Of a stretch of DNA of 25,359 nucleotides, positions 8,075-16,258 are shown one piece after another (the stretch's first letter is position 1; the number at the start of each line of letters is the position of its first letter). Under the pieces are notes generated by a model. The model made no database searches and was not told the DNA's origin. It saw nothing but the letters and a program-made list of their open reading frames with translations. The DNA comes from Patescibacteria group bacterium (GTDB taxonomy: Bacteria; Patescibacteriota; Minisyncoccia; Phycocordibacterales; DATDWN01). The stretch covers positions 1 through 25,359 of the forward strand of contig JAUPVY010000001.1 in assembly GCA_030916785.1 (NCBI GenBank), written 5' to 3'. Made by a program: the position numbers and the translations under genes.

Positions 8075-9163
8075 TTAGTATTCTGCTTTTACATATTGCT
8101 GATTTTTTGCCATCTGTAATTCAAGTTGGTAAACAACCGTTCTGTCTTCCAAGAAACTAAAGTTTTCAATAGCTGGATTCTTATATTTGTAATTAAAAAC
8201 TGCTGTCTTTGAGCCTTTTCCTGGATTTTCTTCCATAGCCTTAACTACATAAGTAGTCATGTCATAACCTAAAGCAGAAACATAATCTGGAGTGCCACTA
8301 AATTTTGCTTTATACATTGATGTATAATCCGAAGAAAATTGACTTGGAGCAATGCCTGGGGCAAAAGTTCCTTCCCCAAAAGATCCGAATTTCTCTAGGT
8401 TTTTATTGTCAACATCAACGAAAGTAATTGCTGTTCCTTTGAATCCAAGTTCTCGCAACTGTTTTACCACAGTCAAAGCATCAACCGGGTTATCCATCGT
8501 GACAAAAACTGAATCTGCTTTACTGGCAATTATTTTTGTAGCAAAAGTTCTATAATCACCGTTTGCATTTGGCACAAGTTCATTATAAACAACCGTGTAG
8601 CCAGCTGACGGTGCTTTTCTGACCATAGCATCTCGTGAATTTATTCCAAAATCACTGTTTGCATCTACAAGAGCCATCGTTTTAATACCTTTTTTCTGAA
8701 TCATAGGTACAACAGTATCAAGTTGTTTATCCGCGTTTGGGTAACCACAAAAAACGTTTGTGAGAGGCTTAAATGAATCACTACAGAAAGAGAAAGAAAA
8801 TACATCTTTATTTTCTTTCAAGGCAAGTGGGGCAACAGCAATTGTTTCGTCTGGTGAATATGTACCTATAATTACATCAACCTTATCTACATTCAAAAGT
8901 TTTGAAGCAGCACTTACTGCATCTGTTGGCTTTGAGTGGCTATCCTCCACAACAAATTTAACACCTTCCTTTTCTAACTGTGCTTGTGCAAGTTGAACAC
9001 CTTGATACAACTTTTCACCAGTTATAGAAAGATCGCCAGTGAGAGGGAGAATAACTCCAACCTTCAAACCAGATCCTTTAGTTGATGTAGGTTTATTTTT
9101 GAAAAAATAAATTCCTCCAACTACCACCAAAATAATAACTAAAATACCAACTATTTTTTTCAT
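8075..9163 (-). CDS. livK: LivK/LivJ-type ABC substrate-binding protein (copy 1)
   Basis: LKVGVILPLTG, EDSHSKP, VDVIIG patterns; N-terminal anchor. Confidence 0.8.
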   Translation of the reverse strand: MKKIVGILVIILVVVGGIYFFKNKPTSTKGSGLKVGVILPLTGDLSITGEKLYQGVQLAQAQLEKEGVKFVVEDSHSKPTDAVSAASKLLNVDKVDVIIGTYSPDETIAVAPLALKENKDVFSFSFCSDSFKPLTNVFCGYPNADKQLDTVVPMIQKKGIKTMALVDANSDFGINSRDAMVRKAPSAGYTVVYNELVPNANGDYRTFATKIIASKADSVFVTMDNPVDALTVVKQLRELGFKGTAITFVDVDNKNLEKFGSFGEGTFAPGIAPSQFSSDYTSMYKAKFSGTPDYVSALGYDMTTYVVKAMEENPGKGSKTAVFNYKYKNPAIENFSFLEDRTVVYQLELQMAKNQQYVKAEY

Positions 9164-9247
9164 ATTATAATTATAAATAGGTTAGTTAATAAATTATATA
9201 AAATTCTACTAACCAGTATATCAAAAAGTGGACATATTTATCAATGT

Positions 9248-9346
9248 CCGCCCGAGCCCCTCCGTCTCCATACCAATCCAAAGGAATCCGCGCGAAACAA
9301 ACCTTGCATGGATACGGCGGAGGGGGCGAGGGCGGACACGGAACAG
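9248..9346. repeat. Second copy of the GC-rich palindromic repeat; the GC-rich stem-loop zone continues to about 9420
   Basis: Exact inverted match to 1-99; internal pairing GTCCGCCC/GGGCGGAC; next hairpin CCGAGCACCGG-tact-CCGGTGCTTGG. Confidence 0.95.
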
Positions 9347-9473
9347 CGGGAACGGAGCCGAGCACCGGTACTCCGGTGCTTGGGCGGAGTGGACGCTGTG
9401 CCGTGGCGGAATTCCGTCGTTACATTTTAAAATTTTGTCGGAAATAGTTTCTAACTTGGTCGTATAGAGTAGC

Positions 9474-9554
9474 CCTTCGTCACTTTGTTCCTCATGGCCT
9501 TCGGCCGTGAGATATAAGTGAGACGAAGGTACTGATGCTGAGCAACGCGAAGCA
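9474..9554 (+). repeat. REP-like compound hairpins directly upstream of the GIY-YIG gene
   Basis: CCTTCGTC (9474-9481)/GACGAAGG (9522-9529) with inner stems, then TGCT-GAGCAACGCGA-AGCA. Confidence 0.6.
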
Positions 9555-9584
9555 GAAGTATCTTCCGGTTTTTATATCCTCCCT

Positions 9585-9830
9585 ATGTACTATACATACA
9601 TTCTAGAATGTGCGGATAAATCTTTTTATGTAGGTAGTACGAATGATTTGAATAGAAGGATTTTCCAACATAATAACAGTAAAAGTGGAGCACATTATAC
9701 AAAAATAAGAAGACCAGTCATTCTAATATATTCAGAAAAGTTTGATACACTGATTGAAGCCCGAAGGCGAGAATCTGAAATCAAAGGTTGGCGCAGAGAA
9801 AAGAAATTGAAATTAATAAAGTCTGGCTAG
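9585..9830 (+). CDS. Small GIY-YIG nuclease family protein (UPF0213-like)
   Basis: YYTYIL...FYVGST, conserved R and HN, AHYT, ARRRESEIK. Confidence 0.9.
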   Translation: MYYTYILECADKSFYVGSTNDLNRRIFQHNNSKSGAHYTKIRRPVILIYSEKFDTLIEARRRESEIKGWRREKKLKLIKSG

Positions 9831-9966
9831 TCATCCTGTAAGTTGTTCAAGACCTATCAATATAATGCACATACTTAAAACAGGTATTGAGTGTTTACAA
9901 GAGATTATATTGTATTTATGGTGCTTAATAAAAAGAACATGGGAATCCTTTTCTTTTATCAAAATT

Positions 9967-10584
9967 ATGAAAAATAAATTAATTATCAAAACTGTAGTTA
10001 TTTTTTTCTTTATTATTTCTTCCTTTTTGATGATGTATCCTGCATGTAAATCTTTAGTCATTAATGGTGGTTTAGGTTCTGGTAATTCTGTGGTTTTTTC
10101 TGTTAATTCACAAAATATTCAATCTATTCTCCGTCCGGTTGGTTTTCCAATAATATCAGAATTTGAAAGTTACAATATTGATATCTCTAATCTAAATAAT
10201 AAATATGATATTTCTTACATACTAACCTTCGATGATAATGATCCTATATTAAATTATATAGATAATATTGCCAGTTCATCAGAAGTAGGTATGACTGATA
10301 AAATAAATTTTCCAATAGCCCCTGGAAAATCTTACAAGGTCAAAGATATACCAATAAATATAGCAATGACAGATAAATTCGGAAGTCTGTCATTATGTGG
10401 GTTTAATTCTGCTACATCTAATTGTCCAAATAATCTAGAACAACTTATGGAAATAAGTCAAAAAAATATAAAAATTTTTGCTTGCCCTAATATTGAGCAT
10501 AGAATCTTAATTGTTGAGTTTATCTTAATTTGTGTGTTTTGGGTTTTGGCATTTAATAGTTTTTATGAATTTTTGAAGAATTAA
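9967..10584 (+). CDS. Hypothetical membrane protein with N- and C-terminal TM helices (start probably MKNKLII)
   Basis: Open AT-rich frame with two hydrophobic segments; start chosen before the first TM helix. Confidence 0.55.
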   Translation: MKNKLIIKTVVIFFFIISSFLMMYPACKSLVINGGLGSGNSVVFSVNSQNIQSILRPVGFPIISEFESYNIDISNLNNKYDISYILTFDDNDPILNYIDNIASSSEVGMTDKINFPIAPGKSYKVKDIPINIAMTDKFGSLSLCGFNSATSNCPNNLEQLMEISQKNIKIFACPNIEHRILIVEFILICVFWVLAFNSFYEFLKN

Positions 10585-10588
10585 AATA

Positions 10589-11203
10589 ATGGAAGATTAC
10601 TGGTATTACACCCTAAGTGCCATTCCTCAAACACTTGCTGCGGTAATTGCGTTGGCCGCTGCTTTTACTACACTGAAACTAGATTATATTTCAAAAATAA
10701 TAAAAGAAACCAGAATAGATTTACGTAGGTTTATATTGTTAACAACATCAAAGTTAGATATAAAAGAAATACACACAATTGAGCCATTAAGTGATAAGGA
10801 GTTTCTTAAAGTTTTTAAGGAGGGCCTATCATCCTTAGATGAGCACAATCATCAATTAGGATTAACATCTGACATGTTTAATAAGTATTCAGATGAAATG
10901 TTTAGAATAATCAATAAAGATTGGAACAGTAGATATGGTCCAGATGATTTTAGAGTTTTCGGTTATTTAAAGATGAAAAAGGAAATTTTTGAGAAATTGA
11001 TAGAACAAAAAGATGAGATAATTTATTTGATGACATCTAGTTTAATTTTAGTTGGTTTTGTAATAACAGTATCACTGATAATATTACCATCCTACAATTG
11101 TTTTAATGGTTCAAAATTATTAGTGTATGGTATTGTTACAGGCTCTGTTATAAGTATTATAGTAACAATATTGAGTATTTTGAAAATAGTGAAGAGTGAG
11201 TAG
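10589..11203 (+). CDS. Hypothetical membrane protein (1 N-terminal and 2 C-terminal TM helices)
   Basis: 204-aa ORF starting 4 nt after the previous stop; hydrophobic segments at both ends. Confidence 0.7.
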   Translation: MEDYWYYTLSAIPQTLAAVIALAAAFTTLKLDYISKIIKETRIDLRRFILLTTSKLDIKEIHTIEPLSDKEFLKVFKEGLSSLDEHNHQLGLTSDMFNKYSDEMFRIINKDWNSRYGPDDFRVFGYLKMKKEIFEKLIEQKDEIIYLMTSSLILVGFVITVSLIILPSYNCFNGSKLLVYGIVTGSVISIIVTILSILKIVKSE

Positions 11204-11213
11204 TAGAAATAGG

Positions 11214-11371
11214 AAATAGGGATAAGTCCAATTTAATAACAAAATCTGTGGCATATTAATTTAATATCAGAAATACTAGAAGTTCCTATTTGGTTAATAC
11301 AGTAAAGAAACAGGGAAGACCGAAAAAATCATGACACTTAGAATGACAAATAATTGGACTTATCGCTATTT
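11214..11371 (+). mobile_element. 158-bp MITE-like remnant with 20-bp terminal inverted repeats and a transposase-like C-terminal fragment
   Basis: AAATAGGGATAAGTCCAATT vs AATTGGACTTATCGCTATTT (19/20); 11290-11334 translates to LVNTVKKQGRPKKS*. Confidence 0.5.
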
Positions 11372-11438
11372 TCCATTTTCTCGAAAAGCCTTAAAAATAA
11401 GGATATTTTTCAATAACCAAATTACTCAATAAAAATAC

Positions 11439-11467
11439 TTGACAATATATTACTATGGTGGTATTAT
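11439..11467 (+). promoter_or_regulatory. Strong sigma70 promoter
   Basis: TTGACA-17 bp-TATTAT with an extended TG. Confidence 0.75.
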
Positions 11468-11524
11468 TATGTTGGCAAGTTCCTTACAGGACTTCCGAAT
11501 ATACATATATAAAGGAGCAGTATC

Positions 11525-11800
11525 ATGATCGCTACCGCTACGAGTGAATACCTCACCCTGTCGGGAGACACAGTTCACGTTGTCCTTGCTTCCGCAACCT
11601 ACGAGGGTGAAAAAATCCTGGATTGTCAGGAAATCAACGTTCGGCACCAGAAGGATGAGCTCAAGAAGCTCCTGGCTGAAGGTTGGAAACTCGTCACCAT
11701 CGCTTGGGTTCGTGACGAACACACCAATTACGGGCACGAACCTGCTGTCAACCATGTCCTGAGGGCCGTCGTAGTTCAGACGCAGAAGGAAGGAAACTAA
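11525..11800 (+). CDS. Hypothetical 91-aa protein, GC-rich
   Basis: SD AAAGGAG, upstream promoter, coupled to the next gene. Confidence 0.7.
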   Translation: MIATATSEYLTLSGDTVHVVLASATYEGEKILDCQEINVRHQKDELKKLLAEGWKLVTIAWVRDEHTNYGHEPAVNHVLRAVVVQTQKEGN

Positions 11801-11801
11801 C

Positions 11802-12164
11802 ATGGGAAAAGCAGGAGTCGAACCTGAAGTTCGCTACAACGTCCATTGTGTGGATTGCGGCAGTGTCTGGCAGCCACTTACCAAGAGTCCGCTCTGGTGG
11901 GCAGCCAAGCAACGGGCGGAAAAAGGTTTTCTCGATGCTCTTCATGTCAGCGGCAAGAAGTGCGGCTGCGTGAAAGAAGAGAGACAACCCAACGCTCCGT
12001 TCCGAGTCTTCGGCTACGATTTCGAGTGCCGAGACTTTGATATCCCATTCACTAACTTTGTGGGTGCCGTCAAGGCATTCATCGAGGCGAACAAGAACGG
12101 TGATGTCGTGTTTATCCAGGGAGTTTCGAGCTGTGTTGAACAGAGACTCAAGATGATTTTCTAA
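11802..12164 (+). CDS. Hypothetical 120-aa protein with a possible Zn-binding site
   Basis: HCVDC and KKCGC motifs; starts 1 nt after the previous stop; terminator follows. Confidence 0.7.
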   Translation: MGKAGVEPEVRYNVHCVDCGSVWQPLTKSPLWWAAKQRAEKGFLDALHVSGKKCGCVKEERQPNAPFRVFGYDFECRDFDIPFTNFVGAVKAFIEANKNGDVVFIQGVSSCVEQRLKMIF

Positions 12165-12166
12165 AC

Positions 12167-12220
12167 AGCCGCTTCACCACAGAGACCGCTTCATTGCAGT
12201 CTCGGGTGAGGCGGTTTTCT
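12167..12220 (+). terminator. Compound intrinsic terminator
   Basis: AGCCGCTTCACC/GGTGAGGCGGTT outer stem, GAGAC/GTCTC inner stem, then TTTTCT. Confidence 0.75.
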
Positions 12221-12268
12221 GTTGTCTAAAACTGAATTGTTTGAATATTCCTCCAGATGGACAACGCC

Positions 12269-12335
12269 GAATTTTAGCCATATTTCTCACTGTATAATTT
12301 TCTATATGTCCGGTGTTTTGAAACTTTGATATACT
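12269..12335 (+). repeat. Promoter-containing repeat, copy 1 (partial)
   Basis: 12289-12335 matches 14527-14573 at 36/47 by hand alignment; ends in TGaTATACT 6 nt before ATG 12342. Confidence 0.65.
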
Positions 12336-12341
12336 TAGACG

Positions 12342-12803
12342 ATGGAACAGAATCCAGAAATTAAACCACTTACATTTGATACATATCTCGCTGTTATTGA
12401 AAACAGTGTCGGTTCTTATATGTTTAAGAATTTATATATTTCAGTAGACGGAGAGAAAAAAGATGCGACTGAAGACGGATGGCTTTCATGTGCGTTTTAT
12501 GCCTCTTCTATTTTATATTTATTTAAATATATAACAGATATGCATGCGACAGTTAGTTCGACGGTGAAGGATCTGATAGGATCTGGATGGATTGAAATTT
12601 CTGAACCTGTAATTGGGAGTGTGATTGTTTGGAAATCAGGTGAGAATACAAATAATCATCGTCACATTGGTTTTTATGTGGGAGATGGTCTGGCAATAAG
12701 TAATGATTCACAGAAAAAACATCCATGGAAAGGGGATTGGAAATTTAATGGGAAAAGGGAAGTCGAAATGGTTCTTTGGAATCCTGATATTATGAAGAGA
12801 TAA
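12342..12803 (+). CDS. NlpC/P60/CHAP-like papain-fold hydrolase
   Basis: LSCAFY (Cys), GSVIVW and HIGFYVGDG (His) in the expected order. Confidence 0.65.
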   Translation: MEQNPEIKPLTFDTYLAVIENSVGSYMFKNLYISVDGEKKDATEDGWLSCAFYASSILYLFKYITDMHATVSSTVKDLIGSGWIEISEPVIGSVIVWKSGENTNNHRHIGFYVGDGLAISNDSQKKHPWKGDWKFNGKREVEMVLWNPDIMKR

Positions 12804-12851
12804 AGACTCCGTTTTGTGTTAGACGTCCAACCCTTTTATATTGCTGAAAAA

Positions 12852-12941
12852 ATATCTGACCCATATTAAATTAAGAATCTTATCCTTATGTACCAAGGTA
12901 TATTTTTATATCTACCAGATACTTTAGTATTTTGATACAAT
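12852..12941 (+). repeat. Promoter-containing repeat, copy 2
   Basis: 72/90 identity to 14485-14573 by hand alignment; ends in TGaTACAAT 7 nt before ATG 12949. Confidence 0.85.
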
Positions 12942-12948
12942 GTTTAAT

Positions 12949-13569
12949 ATGAATCTAAAAGAAACTTACAATAAATATATGGAACAAATCCTAGGTTTAC
13001 CAAACACTCCAGCAGAAAACTACGAGAAAAAATTTTCAAGATATATGGAATATTTCTCTTTAACTGATGAGGATCTAAATGATTCTATATTAGATGTGGG
13101 TTCGGGTTCTGGAGATTTTATAAAATATGTTAGAAATAAATTTAATAATACTCATGCTTTTGCTGTAGATAAAAGTGAGTCCAGAATGAAGCATGGTGGA
13201 GAGGGTATGGTTATTGCTGACGGCTTATCCTTGCCGTTTCCAGATAATACTTTTCAAACAGTCACGGCAAGAAATTTTATACCAATGTTTGTAAGTGAGC
13301 CAGAAAAGAGTAAAAAAGCAATCTACGAATTGATACGGGTTTGTAAGTCTCAAGGTAAAGTCATGGCTGATATTTCCTTGCCTGAAGGTGAAATTGAAGA
13401 ATCAAATAAAGCAATGTACAAAGGTAACATTAATTTTGCTAATTTTTTTGATGCTCGCATAAAAGGGGGAATAGAACTAGAGATGTTTTTTGAGGATTTG
13501 AAAAAAGAAGGTTATGATCTTGGAATTAAGAAAGGAAAAGAGTTTATTTTAACTATCCATAAACCTTAA
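12949..13569 (+). CDS. Class I SAM-dependent methyltransferase (start probably MNLKETY)
   Basis: ILDVGSGSG motif I, AVD, ADGLSLPFPDNTF. The ORF-track start 12940 overlaps the -10 box. Confidence 0.85.
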   Translation: MNLKETYNKYMEQILGLPNTPAENYEKKFSRYMEYFSLTDEDLNDSILDVGSGSGDFIKYVRNKFNNTHAFAVDKSESRMKHGGEGMVIADGLSLPFPDNTFQTVTARNFIPMFVSEPEKSKKAIYELIRVCKSQGKVMADISLPEGEIEESNKAMYKGNINFANFFDARIKGGIELEMFFEDLKKEGYDLGIKKGKEFILTIHKP

Positions 13570-13610
13570 ACAGGTTCCAACGTCGTACATTTTTTTGATA
13601 TAATAACTAC

Positions 13611-14378
13611 ATGGAAACATTTACATTTAATCCAATTGAATCTCCGGAAAACAAGCCGGTAAAAAAGGGGGAACTTGTGGACATACTCAAAGAAAAAGGT
13701 CCAACAGATCAAGGGGCAAGCACACTTCTTGAGAGATATGGAAATGAATGTGAAGCCCGATATAGAAGTGAAGGAAGAGCAGATGCTCGTTCAGAATCCC
13801 TTCGAGAGATGGCTCATGCATTAAGTCAGGCAGGGTTTTTTCAAGAAGCGATTAGTTATATTGACACTGTTATTGAAATTTCAATACAAGAAGATGATAC
13901 TGAATCTCTGGACGAGGCACAGTGGATTAAAGGAAAACTTGAAGAGAAAATTCGTGAGTCAAAACCGACGGAAACAAGAGAAGAAGTGACTAGTAATGAA
14001 TCTGCCGAGAAAGTCTCTCGAGAAGAGGTTCTGAATGCGTATAAAAAATTAGCAATAAAGGCAGGTGATCCTGCGGGTTTAGATAGGAGTGACCCAGAAG
14101 TGGCGGCTGCCGAAAGACTTGAACAGACATGGCAACAACAGGGAGATGTAGAGACACAAGATGATGAGGATGCACGATTAAGACATAATTTTGAAAAAAC
14201 AATGCTCTATGTTGATGCGGGTTTTCATGACCCTGAATACCTTAAAGATGTTCTTGGTTGGCTTGCTCAGGATGCTGGTGATGCAAATAAAGATACTGAA
14301 AATCCTTCTCGTGTGGCATTAAAACATGATATGGCAGAAGCAATGAATAAAATCAGGTCACTCCTTGGATCTGCTTGA
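13611..14378 (+). CDS. Hypothetical acidic alpha-helical protein, possible TPR-like segment
   Basis: 255-aa ORF with an extended -10 box 6 nt upstream; I recognise no family motif. Confidence 0.75.
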   Translation: METFTFNPIESPENKPVKKGELVDILKEKGPTDQGASTLLERYGNECEARYRSEGRADARSESLREMAHALSQAGFFQEAISYIDTVIEISIQEDDTESLDEAQWIKGKLEEKIRESKPTETREEVTSNESAEKVSREEVLNAYKKLAIKAGDPAGLDRSDPEVAAAERLEQTWQQQGDVETQDDEDARLRHNFEKTMLYVDAGFHDPEYLKDVLGWLAQDAGDANKDTENPSRVALKHDMAEAMNKIRSLLGSA

Positions 14379-14484
14379 GAGTGGTGATGGTGTTTAAGTA
14401 CTCATCCTAGATGACCAGTCAACTCGTGTGATACTTGAGGTGTATCGGAAAAAGAATCTATAAAAATACTAAGACAAATCAAAG

Positions 14485-14573
14485 ATACCTGATCTTATTA
14501 AATTAAGCACTTTACCCTTATTTACCAACGTATATTTTTATATCTATCAGGTGCTTTAGAACTTTGGTATACT
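14485..14573 (+). repeat. Promoter-containing repeat, copy 3
   Basis: Matches 12852-12941; internal IR ACCTGAT/ATCAGGT; ends in TGgTATACT 6 nt before ATG 14580. Confidence 0.85.
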
Positions 14574-14579
14574 GATAAA

Positions 14580-15131
14580 ATGAGTATTGAAATAGAAACG
14601 AGGTTTTTAGAAATAGATAAACAAGAATTAATCTCAAAATTAAAGACTTTTAATGCTATTGATAATGGAGAAGTTAGACTGGATGAAATTATTTTTTATG
14701 ACAAAGATTTGACATGGATGAATGAGAATAAATTTGTCAGACTTAGAAAAAAGAATAAAAATATAAAATTGACTTTCAAAAGTAATAAAGAACAGAAAGT
14801 TGATAGTGCTAAAGAAATAGAATTTGATATTTCTGGTATAGAGGATGCCAGACTGTTTTTGGAAGCAATCGGATTAGTTCAATATAGGATTGTTGAAAAA
14901 TATAGGCATACATTTAGACTTGGTAATGTTACTTTGGATATAGATACTTGGCCAAAAATTCCAGTGTATGTTGAACTTGAAGGTGATTCTGTTGAGGAGT
15001 TAAAGAAAGTTGCAGATATGCTAGGTTTTGACTGGGGGAATCGTTTTGATGCGGACGCTCGATATGTTTTCAAGAAGTATGGCTTTGATTTTGATAATAT
15101 TAAGACTATAACATTTGATGTATTTAAATAA
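14580..15131 (+). CDS. CYTH domain protein (class IV adenylate cyclase/triphosphate tunnel metalloenzyme)
   Basis: N-terminal EIETRF (ExExK/R), VRLR, LTFK, EIE, KYRH, YVELE. Confidence 0.9.
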   Translation: MSIEIETRFLEIDKQELISKLKTFNAIDNGEVRLDEIIFYDKDLTWMNENKFVRLRKKNKNIKLTFKSNKEQKVDSAKEIEFDISGIEDARLFLEAIGLVQYRIVEKYRHTFRLGNVTLDIDTWPKIPVYVELEGDSVEELKKVADMLGFDWGNRFDADARYVFKKYGFDFDNIKTITFDVFK

Positions 15132-15132
15132 T

Positions 15133-15648
15133 ATGGAAGGACCAAAATTTGAAAATCAAAATAGTGAGGTAATAATTGAATCTTCTGATATTATTTTTAA
15201 TCCAGAAAGCGGTTTAGCCATGGTAGTGATAAAACCTGATGCTTTTAAGAATAAAGATCAAATAATAAGAAGGATTGAGAATTCGGGTCTTTATGTGGTT
15301 AGCACAAAGACTCGTAAATTGTCGGAAAGCTTTGTAGCAAATGTCATGTACAAAGATTTACCGACAGGGATAAAAGGAGAAACGATAAAACATTTTAATG
15401 ACGGACCGTCAGAGATTGTATTGGTCAGAGGAGGTGAAGATATTATTCAAAACATTATTTCTTTAACTGGAGAAAAAACAAACCCCCATGAATGTTCACG
15501 GGATAGTATCAGATATATATTTGGTGAACATTTTGGTAGGGAAGTGGGTGATGATAAAAAATATTTTCGTAATGCAATCCATAGAGCAAAGGATACAAAT
15601 GAACAAAAAGATGACCTAGAAAAGTTTAGGGATATATCTTTATCTTAG
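15133..15648 (+). CDS. Nucleoside-diphosphate kinase-like protein with an atypical active-site loop
   Basis: VIKPDA, GP, SIR, RNAIH; the usual HGSD is replaced by HRAK. Confidence 0.75.
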   Translation: MEGPKFENQNSEVIIESSDIIFNPESGLAMVVIKPDAFKNKDQIIRRIENSGLYVVSTKTRKLSESFVANVMYKDLPTGIKGETIKHFNDGPSEIVLVRGGEDIIQNIISLTGEKTNPHECSRDSIRYIFGEHFGREVGDDKKYFRNAIHRAKDTNEQKDDLEKFRDISLS

Positions 15649-15734
15649 GTGGTTGCGAATTTGCTAGAGATTTTTACAGATCATGCTGTTTGGGTTTAAG
15701 ATAATTAGTAATATAATAGATACTATTACATATT

Positions 15735-16250
15735 ATGGCGAATAAAATAGTTGTCGTTACGGATAAAATGCAGAAAAGGTACAGGTACGCTCTTTCCGAA
15801 CCAATGGGTAAACATTTTGATCCTCGGTTTAGACCTGATCTTACTCCTAAACAAATGCTTGCTCTCGGTGTTTTTGGTGGGCGGTATATGCGAGATTGCC
15901 GGAAAGAATTTCCTAAAGATTGGTTTACCCATGCAAAATTTTTGCCCGAGGGGATGAAAAAACCAGATAAAAAGTTGAATTATTTTGGTGTACATGCCTC
16001 ACAGTCTCTGGCAGAATGGAGAAGGAAAGGATGGATTCGTCCACAAGATCCACGAGGATGGTTTCAGTGGTATTGTCGTTACTATATGGGTAGACGGAGT
16101 GATGATGACGAAAGACAAATAAAAAGATGGCGTTTAATCACACGACACGTATCACAAATAGCGAAACATTGTCGAGTGGGAGATGTGTCTTGTCGCCCAA
16201 AACAAAGACAAGCAGTGCTTCATTGGGCGTATGATGCACGAAAGATTTAA
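15735..16250 (+). CDS. Conserved hypothetical basic, Trp/Arg-rich protein
   Basis: LTPKQMLALGVFGG, NYFGVHAS and DPRGWFQWYCRYYMGRR..DDERQIKRW, recalled from an uncharacterised family. Confidence 0.85.
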   Translation: MANKIVVVTDKMQKRYRYALSEPMGKHFDPRFRPDLTPKQMLALGVFGGRYMRDCRKEFPKDWFTHAKFLPEGMKKPDKKLNYFGVHASQSLAEWRRKGWIRPQDPRGWFQWYCRYYMGRRSDDDERQIKRWRLITRHVSQIAKHCRVGDVSCRPKQRQAVLHWAYDARKI

Positions 16251-16258
16251 TCAAATAC

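Noticed and set aside
9228-9467. ORFs 9228-9467 and 9244-9447
   Set aside because: They lie within the GC-rich repeat and are not gene-like.
12221-12941. Classical integron attC sites
   Set aside because: GTTAGAC and GTCCAAC occur in the wrong order and abut each other; there is no RYYYAAC...GTTRRRY pair with L boxes and no intI.
14379-14484. Possible pseudogene fragment before repeat copy 3
   Set aside because: Only very short frames with no recognisable homology.
12269-14573. CRISPR array
   Set aside because: The repeats are long, degenerate and separated by whole genes; no cas genes are present.
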